Shown here: positions 1 to 10,612 of the stretch, one piece after another
Numbering within the stretch: position 1 is the stretch's first letter
How the letters are laid out: each line of letters begins with the position of its first letter
Source of the DNA: a virus
Taxonomy: Duplodnaviria > Heunggongvirae > Uroviricota > Caudoviricetes
DNA: 64,000 nucleotides
Direction: 5' to 3' (one strand)
IMG/VR virus record: IMGVR_UViG_2703718819_000007
The notes under the pieces: model-generated
The model's database searches: none
What the model saw: only the letters and a program-made list of their open reading frames with translations
Told to the model about the DNA's origin: nothing
Translations under genes and position numbers: made by a program

Positions 1-2
1 GG

Positions 3-1513
<1,511 letters not shown>

Positions 1514-1599
1514 ACGACAGCTGTTGTAGTTTCTGGTTTCTACTGAATTTAAATTGTGGGGATGATACTCACCTCACGAATTTCAGAAGGATATATGAA

Positions 1600-2112
1600 A
1601 TGGGGATAACATCGGGATGGGTAGGTTCTTCGGCTAAGAGCGAAACAGGTGAGCAATGGATGGGGGCTGCTGGCACTAAACTAGGATTGGATAAACCTTT
1701 TATGATGAGTCAAATGGTGGGGCGAGCTATGGGTTGTAAAATAGAAACCGCTTACTATAAATGGAACTCTTCGGATCAAGTTGAAAACTGGGGGGCGGTT
1801 GGAGCTGATTGGCCATTAGAAGAAAAAAGCAAAGGGACAATTACAAACGCTGAAAACTGTGGTTCTGGGAGACTGGTGGGGGCTGTCGTTACACTTTCTC
1901 ACTTTTTGACGAACTCTACACCGACAGCTGCTGTTTATTTATCCGGTGGTAAAGCAGGTAACATCACCGTAAACGTAGGTGGTGCTACACAAACCATGAT
2001 TTATCAGGGCGTTGTTAGTGGGTTCCAGTATTACTGGTCAGGTTCTGTTAGTTCCGCTTTCGTGGAGGCAATGAAAAAGACGGGAGTAACCCAGGATCTA
2101 AAAATTAGTTAA
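1600..2112 (+). CDS. Hypothetical phage protein (170 aa) downstream of the tail fibre
   Basis: ORF with GAAGGA RBS-like sequence upstream; no recognisable motif. Confidence 0.4.
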   Translation: MGITSGWVGSSAKSETGEQWMGAAGTKLGLDKPFMMSQMVGRAMGCKIETAYYKWNSSDQVENWGAVGADWPLEEKSKGTITNAENCGSGRLVGAVVTLSHFLTNSTPTAAVYLSGGKAGNITVNVGGATQTMIYQGVVSGFQYYWSGSVSSAFVEAMKKTGVTQDLKIS

Positions 2113-2279
2113 ATGGTAAATGAATAATTTTAAAAACTTCACGTTCTACATACCGGAGACGCCGGATATATAGGATATTGTTTTAAGTTGCCAGAGAAAT
2201 TTTTCCGGACGGATGCTGATAATAATGATGTAATTTTTCAAGATTTCTGGAAATCTGTATTCTGCACAGGCGCAATTGT

Positions 2280-3971
2280 ATGCCGCCTTTAAAACTTCAA
2301 TTCAGTGACTCACCTGCCATTCAAATTTTCGGATACCAGACAACCATGCCTTATATCGATATAACAACTATGCGCGGGATGATGCCAGGCGTTATTGCAT
2401 CTATGCTGCCAGATCATTCTGCTGTACTGGCAGAAAACTGTCATTTTCGCTATGGAGTGATCACGCCTGAACACCAGATGTCAGAGGCTGAGAAAACATT
2501 CGCGATTAAGCCGAAAACCATTTTTCATTACCGTGACGATTTCTGGTTTGCATGGACGGATGTGGTGGATGTGATCCGCAGTCCGGTCGCTCAGGACTCC
2601 CACGGGCGTATTTACTACACTGACGGGCGTTTTCCTAAAGTGACGGATGCGACCATTGCCACAAAAGGGGACGGGAATCACCCGACATCATCGTATCGTC
2701 TGGGGATCCCCGCGCCGACGACAGCACCTGTCTGTACTGTTCAGCAGGGCGGTGATGTTTCTGACGATAACCCGAATGATGACGAAACCCGGTTTTATAC
2801 GGAAACCTTTGTCTCAGATTATGGTGAAGAAGGTCCGCCAGGTCCGGCGTCTCTGGAGGTAACACTCCGTACTCCGGGGACTGCGGTACAGCTGACGCTG
2901 TCTCCGGTGCCATTGCAGAATGCCAGTATTAAACGCCGCCGGATTTATCGCTCTGCATCAGGTGGAGGAGAAGCGGATTTTTTACTTGTGGCTGAACTGG
3001 ATGCATCCGTGCTCAGTTACACGGACAAAATACCGGGGAAAAACCTTGGACCTTCTCTGGCGACATGGGATTACCTGCCGCCGCCAGAGAATATGACAGG
3101 CCTTTGCCTGATGGCTAATGGTATTGCCGCCGGGTTTGCCGGTAATGAAGTGATGTTTTCGGAAGCGTATCTGCCGTATGCATGGCCGGAAGTGAATCGT
3201 CACACGACGGCAGAAGATATTGTGGCTATCTGTCCGCTGGGAACGTCACTGGTGGTGGCGACAAAGGGGGAGCCCTATCTGTTCAGTGGGGTATCGCCTT
3301 CCACAATTTCTGGCTCCAGAATTCCTTCCATGCAGGCATGCCTGAGCCGAAGAAGTATGGTGGCGATGGAGGGATTCGTACTCTATGCTGGGACAAACGG
3401 TCTGGTATCTGTTGATGTAAACGGTAATACAGCACTGGCAACGGAAAAGATTATTTCACCTGAACAGTGGCAGAGTCAGTTTAACCCGGCGTCCATTGTG
3501 GCTTATTCCTGGCGTGGTGAGTACATTGCCTGTTACACGAAACCGGATGGTAAGCAGGATGTGTTTGTATTCAGTCCGGTGAACATGGATATCCGTTATC
3601 TCAGTACACCGTTTGACTGCGCATGGGTTGATCTCGCGAAAGATATGATGCGCGTGGTGACAGGAGACAAAATGTCAGTGCTTGCCGGGAGCTCTCTGCC
3701 CTCCACGATAAGGTGGCATTCAAAAATTTTTTCATTACCTGAAAGAACCTCTTTTTCCTGTATCAGGGTGAAATCTCCGGCGCCTGAGCGGGTGGGGATC
3801 ACCATTATGGCTGATGATGTTCCTGTGATTCATTTTGCGCCGGGTACGTTTAAGGGAAGTGTGGTGAGACTTCCGGCAGCAACCGGGCAAAACTGGCAGG
3901 TGATGGTATCCGGATTCGGGCAGGTGGAACGAATAACCCTGAGTACATCGATGTCGGAGATGCCGGTATGA
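2280..3971 (+). CDS. Hypothetical phage structural/tail-associated protein (563 aa)
   Basis: Long ORF translationally coupled (ATGA overlap) to the next ORF; within virion gene block. Confidence 0.5.
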   Translation: MPPLKLQFSDSPAIQIFGYQTTMPYIDITTMRGMMPGVIASMLPDHSAVLAENCHFRYGVITPEHQMSEAEKTFAIKPKTIFHYRDDFWFAWTDVVDVIRSPVAQDSHGRIYYTDGRFPKVTDATIATKGDGNHPTSSYRLGIPAPTTAPVCTVQQGGDVSDDNPNDDETRFYTETFVSDYGEEGPPGPASLEVTLRTPGTAVQLTLSPVPLQNASIKRRRIYRSASGGGEADFLLVAELDASVLSYTDKIPGKNLGPSLATWDYLPPPENMTGLCLMANGIAAGFAGNEVMFSEAYLPYAWPEVNRHTTAEDIVAICPLGTSLVVATKGEPYLFSGVSPSTISGSRIPSMQACLSRRSMVAMEGFVLYAGTNGLVSVDVNGNTALATEKIISPEQWQSQFNPASIVAYSWRGEYIACYTKPDGKQDVFVFSPVNMDIRYLSTPFDCAWVDLAKDMMRVVTGDKMSVLAGSSLPSTIRWHSKIFSLPERTSFSCIRVKSPAPERVGITIMADDVPVIHFAPGTFKGSVVRLPAATGQNWQVMVSGFGQVERITLSTSMSEMPV

Positions 3972-5236
3972 CCAGAAAACCGTGGCGTGCGGGGAAGGAT
4001 TTATCCACAGTTGTGGAGAACATGGAAATTGGCACCGGGCAGCGTGGTGACGGACGCCACGCATTTGTGACCCGTGAGGAACTGGTTGGTCTTAAACTCG
4101 CCCGGCGTCGAACATCGGGTGGTGCCTCATATGCACTGAATCCGGGTATTGAGATTGACAGTACTTTAATGACTGTTGATTTTCCCACAAAACCGCTGAA
4201 TTTTAAGGCGACAGGAGGATTTGGCTCGGTTCTTCTTGAATGGGATATGCCTAATTATCGCGGACATTCACTGACTGAAATCTGGCGGGGTACGGAGGAT
4301 GACCTTGCTGATGCAGTGCTGGTTGCCACGACGCCGGGGCAGGTTTACGGCGATCCGGTTGACCCTGGCTGGTCGGGATTTTACTGGATACGTTTTGTTA
4401 ACGCGGCAGGAGTGAAAGGTCCATGGAATGCTGAAAAAGGCACTCAGGCACAAACACAGATCGGCGTGAAGGCCATCATTGACCAGATCCGCGATGAGGC
4501 TGCAAAGTCGCCGGTTGTGTCCGAGCTGCGTAAAGAAATAAAAAACGCGCAGGGGCAGGCTGTAAAGGATGCTGCAATTAAGACAACCGAAGTTGTGGGG
4601 ACTCTCAGGGAAGAAACGACAAGAACGATTGGTGGTATTGAAACCCGCATTAGCACACTGGATTCATCAACCAGTGAATCGCTTAATGAGGTCGACAAGC
4701 GCATCACTAAACTGGATAAAGAAGGCGGTGAGGCGTTTCTGGCAATGTGGTCAAAAAAAGCGGGAGTTGATGGTATCACTGCGGGGATCGGGATTGTCGC
4801 CGGAAAAGACAGTGAAGGTAGGCCTGTAAGTCAGGTTGCAATTTCTGCGTCGCAGTTGTTTGTCTTTGACCCGAACAACCCGGATAACACCGCCTATCCG
4901 TTTGCGGTATCAGGTGGCAAGGTTGTGATCCCGAAAGCGATGATTTATGACGCGGTGATTGAAACACTGGTGTCGCGGAAGGTTGTGGCGGATGAGGTAA
5001 AAGCCGGGGTAAGTATCACTTCGCCAGTTATCCGGAGTGCCGTTATTCAGAACGGAAACTTTCAGGTTGATTCTCAGGGTAACCTGAATATTGGAGGCCT
5101 TTTCAGTGTTACGTCACAAGGGCAACTGACAATTCGTTACTCTAATCAGAATGTAGGACTGGTGATCCGCAATGATAAAATTGAGGTTTATGATCAGAAT
5201 GGACGACTGGCTGTTCGCATAGGCAGATTACGCTGA
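3968..5236 (+). CDS. Hypothetical phage tail/host-recognition-associated protein (422 aa)
   Basis: Long ORF coupled to upstream gene; region resembling tail-tip protein segments (GFYWIRFVNAAGVKGPW). Confidence 0.45.
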   Translation: MTRKPWRAGKDLSTVVENMEIGTGQRGDGRHAFVTREELVGLKLARRRTSGGASYALNPGIEIDSTLMTVDFPTKPLNFKATGGFGSVLLEWDMPNYRGHSLTEIWRGTEDDLADAVLVATTPGQVYGDPVDPGWSGFYWIRFVNAAGVKGPWNAEKGTQAQTQIGVKAIIDQIRDEAAKSPVVSELRKEIKNAQGQAVKDAAIKTTEVVGTLREETTRTIGGIETRISTLDSSTSESLNEVDKRITKLDKEGGEAFLAMWSKKAGVDGITAGIGIVAGKDSEGRPVSQVAISASQLFVFDPNNPDNTAYPFAVSGGKVVIPKAMIYDAVIETLVSRKVVADEVKAGVSITSPVIRSAVIQNGNFQVDSQGNLNIGGLFSVTSQGQLTIRYSNQNVGLVIRNDKIEVYDQNGRLAVRIGRLR

Positions 5237-5250
5237 TCAGGAGGTGAGTA

Positions 5251-5529
5251 TTGGAATACGGTTTTGCCATTTATAACAGAAATAACGTTAATGTTACGGG
5301 CGTGCTGACTCCGGTATTTTTCCTGGACAGATTTACAGCGGAGTCTGGCTCAAAGACGTACACGAATAAACCCGACGGGAAATCATTGCAGGCTGTATGT
5401 TGTTTATTTCCCTGGAATAACGTATTTGCGGATCGGAAAGTACCGAAGATAACCATTAATGGCAATACGGTGACGTGGTCGAATCTTGAGCAGGGTATGG
5501 GATCTTATATTTATACATTCTGGGGATAA
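5251..5529 (+). CDS. Hypothetical protein (92 aa)
   Basis: ORF with GGAGG RBS upstream. Confidence 0.35.
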   Translation: MEYGFAIYNRNNVNVTGVLTPVFFLDRFTAESGSKTYTNKPDGKSLQAVCCLFPWNNVFADRKVPKITINGNTVTWSNLEQGMGSYIYTFWG

Positions 5530-5534
5530 GTGTC

Positions 5535-6152
5535 ATGTATGGTTTGAGCATTATGAAGCCGGATGGCAGCGTATGGATAAGTCCAGGTTTTACGCCGCAG
5601 TGTCTGATCAACAAAGGCACCATACCGGCGACTGAAAAGTCTTTTTTTAAAACATCAATCCCGTCAGGCAAAAGTTGTTTTTTCTTTATCAGAACAGAGA
5701 AGAAGGCCGATGTCATGTACACGCATGAACAGATTGATGGATATCATGCACTAAGGCTTCATGTAATTGTCAGGGGAACGAACCCTGGTGTTACGACGGT
5801 TTATGCTTTCGCGAATATGGTTACTCCACCTTCTGAGTATGGTATCGCCATGTATAACCCGGACGGTGAGATGATTTATCATGGCGAAATGATGCTGCTT
5901 GACGCGAAGTTAATACCTGTTGATATCAAATTTGAAAAGGACCTTGGATATCCATGCGCAATCATGCCTGCACTGGTCGGGTATTATAACTGGAAAAGAA
6001 CTCCTTATGATCGACCGATTTATACCACATCCACTGGTGCTACAGGAAATAAAATATATTCCTGTGAGCATTATTCCGGCGGTGCAACATGGGATATTCG
6101 AAAGCCGTATATAGATAAGGTCCTGGTTATTAATACATCAGTATATGATTAG
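5535..6152 (+). CDS. Hypothetical protein (205 aa)
   Basis: ORF immediately following previous gene. Confidence 0.4.
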   Translation: MYGLSIMKPDGSVWISPGFTPQCLINKGTIPATEKSFFKTSIPSGKSCFFFIRTEKKADVMYTHEQIDGYHALRLHVIVRGTNPGVTTVYAFANMVTPPSEYGIAMYNPDGEMIYHGEMMLLDAKLIPVDIKFEKDLGYPCAIMPALVGYYNWKRTPYDRPIYTTSTGATGNKIYSCEHYSGGATWDIRKPYIDKVLVINTSVYD

Positions 6153-6242
6153 TTGAAGCGAGTCTTTAATATTCATTTAAAATGTCTAAAAAGATGTATT
6201 ATTAAAAAGTTTAGCGTGTTATCTGAATACAGGATATCTTAA

Positions 6243-6977
6243 ATGAAGAGTATAGCAACACTGGTTGTGTGTGCAATCTCCGGGATTGCCTGTGTAAATT
6301 TATCTGCACATGCAGCAGAAGGAAACCATACAATTTCTCTGGGGTATGCGCACTTTCAGTTTCCGGGACTGAAGGATTTTGTAAAGGATGCGACTGCTCA
6401 TAACAGGGAGACTTTCAGTCATTTCGTCAACAGAAACTACTTTTCTTCATTGGGCGAATATACAGATGGTCGGGTCAGTGGATATGAAGGCAAGGATAAA
6501 AATCCACAGGGCATTAATATCAGGTATCGCTACGAGATAACGGATGATTTTGGCGTTATCACCTCTTTTACATGGACGCGTTCTCTCACTAACTCACAGA
6601 CATTTATTGATGTGCAGTCAGCCGATCATACCAGGAAGATTAAGAATCCGGCAGCTTCTGCCAGAACGGATATCAGGGCGAATTACTGGAGTCTGTTAGC
6701 GGGGCCTTCATGGCGGGTTAATCAGTACATGAGCTTATATGCGATGGCAGGGATGGGCGTTGCTAAAGTTAGCGCTGACCTGAAAATTAAGGACAATATT
6801 AACAGTAGTGGCGGATTTTCTGAAAGCAACAGCACGAAAAAAAACTCCCTTGCGTGGGCTGCAGGTGCACAGTTTAACCTGAATGAGAGTGTTACACTGG
6901 ATGTGGCTTACGAAGGTTCCGGCTCTGGCGACTGGCGCACGAGTGGAATTACTGCTGGCATTGGCCTGAAATTCTAA
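6243..6977 (+). CDS. lom: Lom/Ail/OmpX-family outer membrane beta-barrel protein with signal peptide
   Basis: N-terminal signal peptide, alternating beta-strand pattern, C-terminal ...GITAGIGLKF typical of Ail/Lom family. Confidence 0.85.
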   Translation: MKSIATLVVCAISGIACVNLSAHAAEGNHTISLGYAHFQFPGLKDFVKDATAHNRETFSHFVNRNYFSSLGEYTDGRVSGYEGKDKNPQGINIRYRYEITDDFGVITSFTWTRSLTNSQTFIDVQSADHTRKIKNPAASARTDIRANYWSLLAGPSWRVNQYMSLYAMAGMGVAKVSADLKIKDNINSSGGFSESNSTKKNSLAWAAGAQFNLNESVTLDVAYEGSGSGDWRTSGITAGIGLKF

Positions 6978-7001
6978 CCTGTATCCGGTAACCGTTTACT
7001 A

Positions 7002-7026
7002 CCCGCTGTGATGGCGGGTTTTTTAT
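7002..7026 (+). terminator. Rho-independent terminator after lom
   Basis: cccgc-tgtgatg-gcggg hairpin followed by T-run. Confidence 0.6.
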
Positions 7027-7428
7027 TGCCCGTACAGGGCAAAAACCGTAAATTATGCGTGGGTGCCTTTCGGCTGATGGCTGGAGGGTGAACCTGAAGG
7101 CCTGATGTGGAAAGGCCCCGAGTCAACTTAACGTTAACCCGAGGCCCTAACACTTCGTACCTTGACAAGTAGAAGGTTAGCGCCTCTCCACTCAGGAGGC
7201 AAGCGCTATGTCGCAAAAATCGCTTATCACCGTCACAATTTGTATGACGGTTATCTTCACTATCTGGATGTTGCACGGTTCGCTGTGTGAGTTCCGGCTG
7301 AATTTGTGGGGAGCGGAGTTTGCGGCGTTCTTACAGTGTAAGCAGTAGGAAAACCGCGACGGGGACGAAAGTCCCCGTCAACTGGTTGCTGAGGTTCAGC
7401 CGATATGGCACCCGTTTCAGGTGAGAGA

Positions 7429-7806
7429 ATGAACGATAAAATTCTCCGGTATATGCAGCGTGTGGTGAGAAATTCCCGCAACCCTGAATTTATGAATGAA
7501 GTTAAAGACGCCTGCCTTAAAAAGCAGGCGTTTTGTTTTGAGGCACCTGATGGCTTTCTGGTGCTGCGTTCTGTGCTCAGTGCTGATGGTATCCCTTATG
7601 TTCTGGTGTTGCTGGGCGTGTGTACGGGGAGTAACAGCGTTGAGCGTTATCTGCCGGAGGTGAAGACATTAACCCGTCTGGCTGGCGGACGTTGGGCTGA
7701 ATTTCATACGGCAAGGCGGGGATTTATCCGGCTGGGAAAACGTCTGGGCTTTGAGCGAATGCCGGATGATGAGGATGGCTTCATGGTGTTCAGGATAGCG
7801 GTCTGA
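7429..7806 (+). CDS. Hypothetical protein (~125 aa)
   Basis: ORF bounded by terminators at 7002-7026 and 7860-7882. Confidence 0.4.
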   Translation: MNDKILRYMQRVVRNSRNPEFMNEVKDACLKKQAFCFEAPDGFLVLRSVLSADGIPYVLVLLGVCTGSNSVERYLPEVKTLTRLAGGRWAEFHTARRGFIRLGKRLGFERMPDDEDGFMVFRIAV

Positions 7807-7859
7807 CTGCCACAGTTTTCATCATCGTGTTTAAACCAACATTGCAATTCACATTCTGA

Positions 7860-7882
7860 CCCTGCTCCGGCAGGGTTTTTTT
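7860..7882 (+). terminator. Rho-independent terminator
   Basis: ccctgc-tccg-gcaggg hairpin followed by 7 T. Confidence 0.65.
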
Positions 7883-7900
7883 ATTATCCAGGGGGCCATT

Positions 7901-8557
7901 ATGGGTGGAAGTAAAGGTGGTGGTGATACCAAAGTAAAACCAACAGCAGCGCAAATAGCACAGGAAGAAGTGGCCTGGAAAGGGTGGCAGGATTACAAAA
8001 ATATCCTCCGCCCGGCTGAAGATAACTTCATGGAAAAGGTCGATGACCTGAACAGTGAGCAGCAGTACGACAATATCGCTGGCACCACAAATCTGGGGTA
8101 TCAGAAACAGTTTGGCGAAGCACGGAAGGAGCTGGCGGGTAATCTTGCTCAGTCCGGTGTTGACCCGTCCAGTGGTCGCTTTAACGCGGTAATGAATGCG
8201 AACCAGAGTGATCAGGTAACCGGGCAGATTGACACAACCACACGGGGGCAGGTATCGCAGGCAGATAAGTATGTTGCCGGGCTACAGGATGTTGCAGCTC
8301 TCGGTTCAGGTCAGAAGGCGGATGCGTTACAGAGTTTTAACTCGCTGGCAGACAGCAGTCTGGCAAAAGCTAAATCGGACGCACAGGCTGCGTTTACGAA
8401 ACAGCAGGGGCGAGCCTCTCTTGTTGGCGCTGGTTTGGGTGCGGTAGGTGCATATGCGATGCATAAGGCTGGTGGTAGCGGAGGAAGTGGCGGTGCTAAA
8501 ACACCGGGCACCGGCGCTAATGCCATTCAGCATCAGGCTCAGAACTGGAGACTGTGA
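7901..8557 (+). CDS. Hypothetical virion-associated protein (218 aa), first gene of a coupled operon ending in the giant ORF
   Basis: AGGGGG RBS, stop/start overlap with next gene. Confidence 0.5.
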   Translation: MGGSKGGGDTKVKPTAAQIAQEEVAWKGWQDYKNILRPAEDNFMEKVDDLNSEQQYDNIAGTTNLGYQKQFGEARKELAGNLAQSGVDPSSGRFNAVMNANQSDQVTGQIDTTTRGQVSQADKYVAGLQDVAALGSGQKADALQSFNSLADSSLAKAKSDAQAAFTKQQGRASLVGAGLGAVGAYAMHKAGGSGGSGGAKTPGTGANAIQHQAQNWRL

Positions 8558-9006
8558 TTATGGAGTACGGTAAATACGAAACACTTGCGAGATACGGTTA
8601 TACCGGAGCTGCCCGTCCACAGGGTGACTGGCAGACGTCAGCAGCGCTGACACGCCAACAATACGACGACTGGCGAACCAGATATTTGCCCCGCGTGGCA
8701 AGGCTGGCTGACCTTGGCGAGAACAACAGCCTGATGAATGCACAGCTTGCCCGGGTGGGCGGCCTTGCCACTTCCAGTCTCCGTACAGCGCAGATGGCGC
8801 AGGATAACCAGATGGCGAGATACGGGGTAAGCCGCCCGGATAATCCCGACAGTAATACGCTGGGGTTACGTAATGCCCTGGCAATTGCTGGCGCGAAAAA
8901 TGGTATCCGTGAAGCCGAACAGGATCGCCAGATGAACATACTGACGGGGGCTTCTGCACCGGCAAGACAGAAACTGAGTGTTGGCGGACAACTGGTGGCA
9001 GCGTAA
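8554..9006 (+). CDS. Hypothetical protein (150 aa)
   Basis: ATGA-coupled to upstream ORF. Confidence 0.5.
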   Translation: MIMEYGKYETLARYGYTGAARPQGDWQTSAALTRQQYDDWRTRYLPRVARLADLGENNSLMNAQLARVGGLATSSLRTAQMAQDNQMARYGVSRPDNPDSNTLGLRNALAIAGAKNGIREAEQDRQMNILTGASAPARQKLSVGGQLVAA

Positions 9007-9015
9007 GGAGGAAAT

Positions 9016-9267
9016 ATGGGGTACGGCTTACTGGATATTGCGAATCAGTCACGGCGTGAGGCATTACAGGGAATAAGTGACGCAGACCGACGACGTGAAG
9101 AAATTGAGGCTGCGAACAAACAGATGGCGGCGCAACAGAAAGCGCAGAACAAGCAGAATATCGGTACGGGCATTGGTACGGGGGCGGCTATTGGCGCATC
9201 CGTTGGTGGTCCTGTTGGTGCTGTTGCTGGAGCAGTAATTGGCGGCATTGCTGGTTCTTTGTTTTAA
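9016..9267 (+). CDS. Small protein with C-terminal glycine-zipper/hydrophobic segment (83 aa)
   Basis: Strong AAGGAGG RBS; C-terminal GTGIGTGAAIGASVGGPVGAVAGAVIGGIAGSLF. Confidence 0.5.
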   Translation: MGYGLLDIANQSRREALQGISDADRRREEIEAANKQMAAQQKAQNKQNIGTGIGTGAAIGASVGGPVGAVAGAVIGGIAGSLF

Positions 9268-9277
9268 GGAGTGGTGA

Positions 9278-10543
9278 ATGAGCGGATTTGCACAGGGGTT
9301 ACTTGCCGGATTCAGCACGGTTGACCAGGCAATGACCCGTCGTAAGGAGCTTGGTCTGCGTGAAGCACAGCTTGCCCGGCAACAGAAAAATAACGAGCGC
9401 GATTTTGAGTTTGCGCAGTCTCAGTTTGAACATAATAAAAACGTTGATCAGCGGAACTTTGATTACAGAGCCAAAGTTGACGACCGTAATTATGCACTGA
9501 AGGAAAGGGAGTTTAACGCTAACCAGAATTACCGGAATGCGTCGCTGGGTATGGAGCAGCAGCGACTCCGGATGCAGAAATACAACCAGCGACGGCTTGA
9601 GTATAACGATATGCTGGCGCGCGATCAGCCTGTGATGGCGGCGCTTGGAAAGGCTGTGGATGCTGGCGATCGGGATGCAGCAATGCGTCTTTACGGCCAG
9701 TTGTCAGAGGGTAATCCGCTGAGGCTGATGGCGAATGATGGCTATGTAGCGAAAGCGGGTCAGGCCGTGAACAACCTGCAAAAAATCTTTGATGACAAGC
9801 CAGACAGGGCTATCGCTTCACTTAATACGCCGGAGAATCTTGATGTCCTTTCCGGGGTGTTTGGCCCGGAACTGCAACAGCGTATTGGCATGCCCGATTC
9901 AACCGGGAAAAAGACGATAAAAGAGGCCAGGATTGGCAGTATAGTACCGGCACAGCAGGAAGGGTACATACTTATCGGCCTTGATCTCACATACAGTGAT
10001 GGCTCTACAGCACATAAACCTGTAACAGAATACGGCAGTGCGCACCCTGATGATCAAACCGTGCTGGCGATACCCGTTGATAAGGCTATCGCTCAGGTCA
10101 GGGATCGCAGCAAATTTGCAGAGATATCGAAAAATTATGGTTATTTTATGCCGAAGCAGCAGGGACTTTCTCTGAAAGAGCTTCAGAAGGGGGCCAGCAA
10201 CGTCGCGGCGGACGCGATCAAGAATGGCGGTAATGCACAGGCTGCGGTGGATGAATATTATGCTGCGACTGGTTCACAACCGCATCAACAGAAAATTCAG
10301 CAACAAAAACTTCAGCAACAGGTTATCAACTGGGCGGGAGATGATCCTGATAAGCTGTCATTTGCCAGAAATGTAGCGGCCCGTCAGCCTGAAATGCTGG
10401 AGCCTCAGAATCAGAAATTGCTGGAGAACGGGTATGCGAATTTTCTCCGTATTCAAAAGGCCAGGGGGGAACAGGCCAGAGATGAAAGTGCTTCATCTGC
10501 ATCTCAGTTTATCCGTGGACTGAAACAGAATTACGCCCAGTAA
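9278..10543 (+). CDS. Hypothetical Q/N-rich protein with predicted coiled-coil character (421 aa)
   Basis: AAGGAG RBS; Q/N/R-rich sequence. Confidence 0.5.
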   Translation: MSGFAQGLLAGFSTVDQAMTRRKELGLREAQLARQQKNNERDFEFAQSQFEHNKNVDQRNFDYRAKVDDRNYALKEREFNANQNYRNASLGMEQQRLRMQKYNQRRLEYNDMLARDQPVMAALGKAVDAGDRDAAMRLYGQLSEGNPLRLMANDGYVAKAGQAVNNLQKIFDDKPDRAIASLNTPENLDVLSGVFGPELQQRIGMPDSTGKKTIKEARIGSIVPAQQEGYILIGLDLTYSDGSTAHKPVTEYGSAHPDDQTVLAIPVDKAIAQVRDRSKFAEISKNYGYFMPKQQGLSLKELQKGASNVAADAIKNGGNAQAAVDEYYAATGSQPHQQKIQQQKLQQQVINWAGDDPDKLSFARNVAARQPEMLEPQNQKLLENGYANFLRIQKARGEQARDESASSASQFIRGLKQNYAQ

Positions 10544-10575
10544 TTCACGATATTCCATTAATACCATTTCCTGAT

Positions 10576-10601
10576 GCCCGGCCATTGTGCCGGGTTTTTT
10601 T
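10576..10601 (+). terminator. Hairpin plus T-run immediately upstream of the giant ORF start
   Basis: cccggc-cattgt-gccggg followed by 7 T; implies the true start of the giant gene is the ATG at 10613. Confidence 0.55.
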
Positions 10602-10612
10602 ATGGAGTCTGT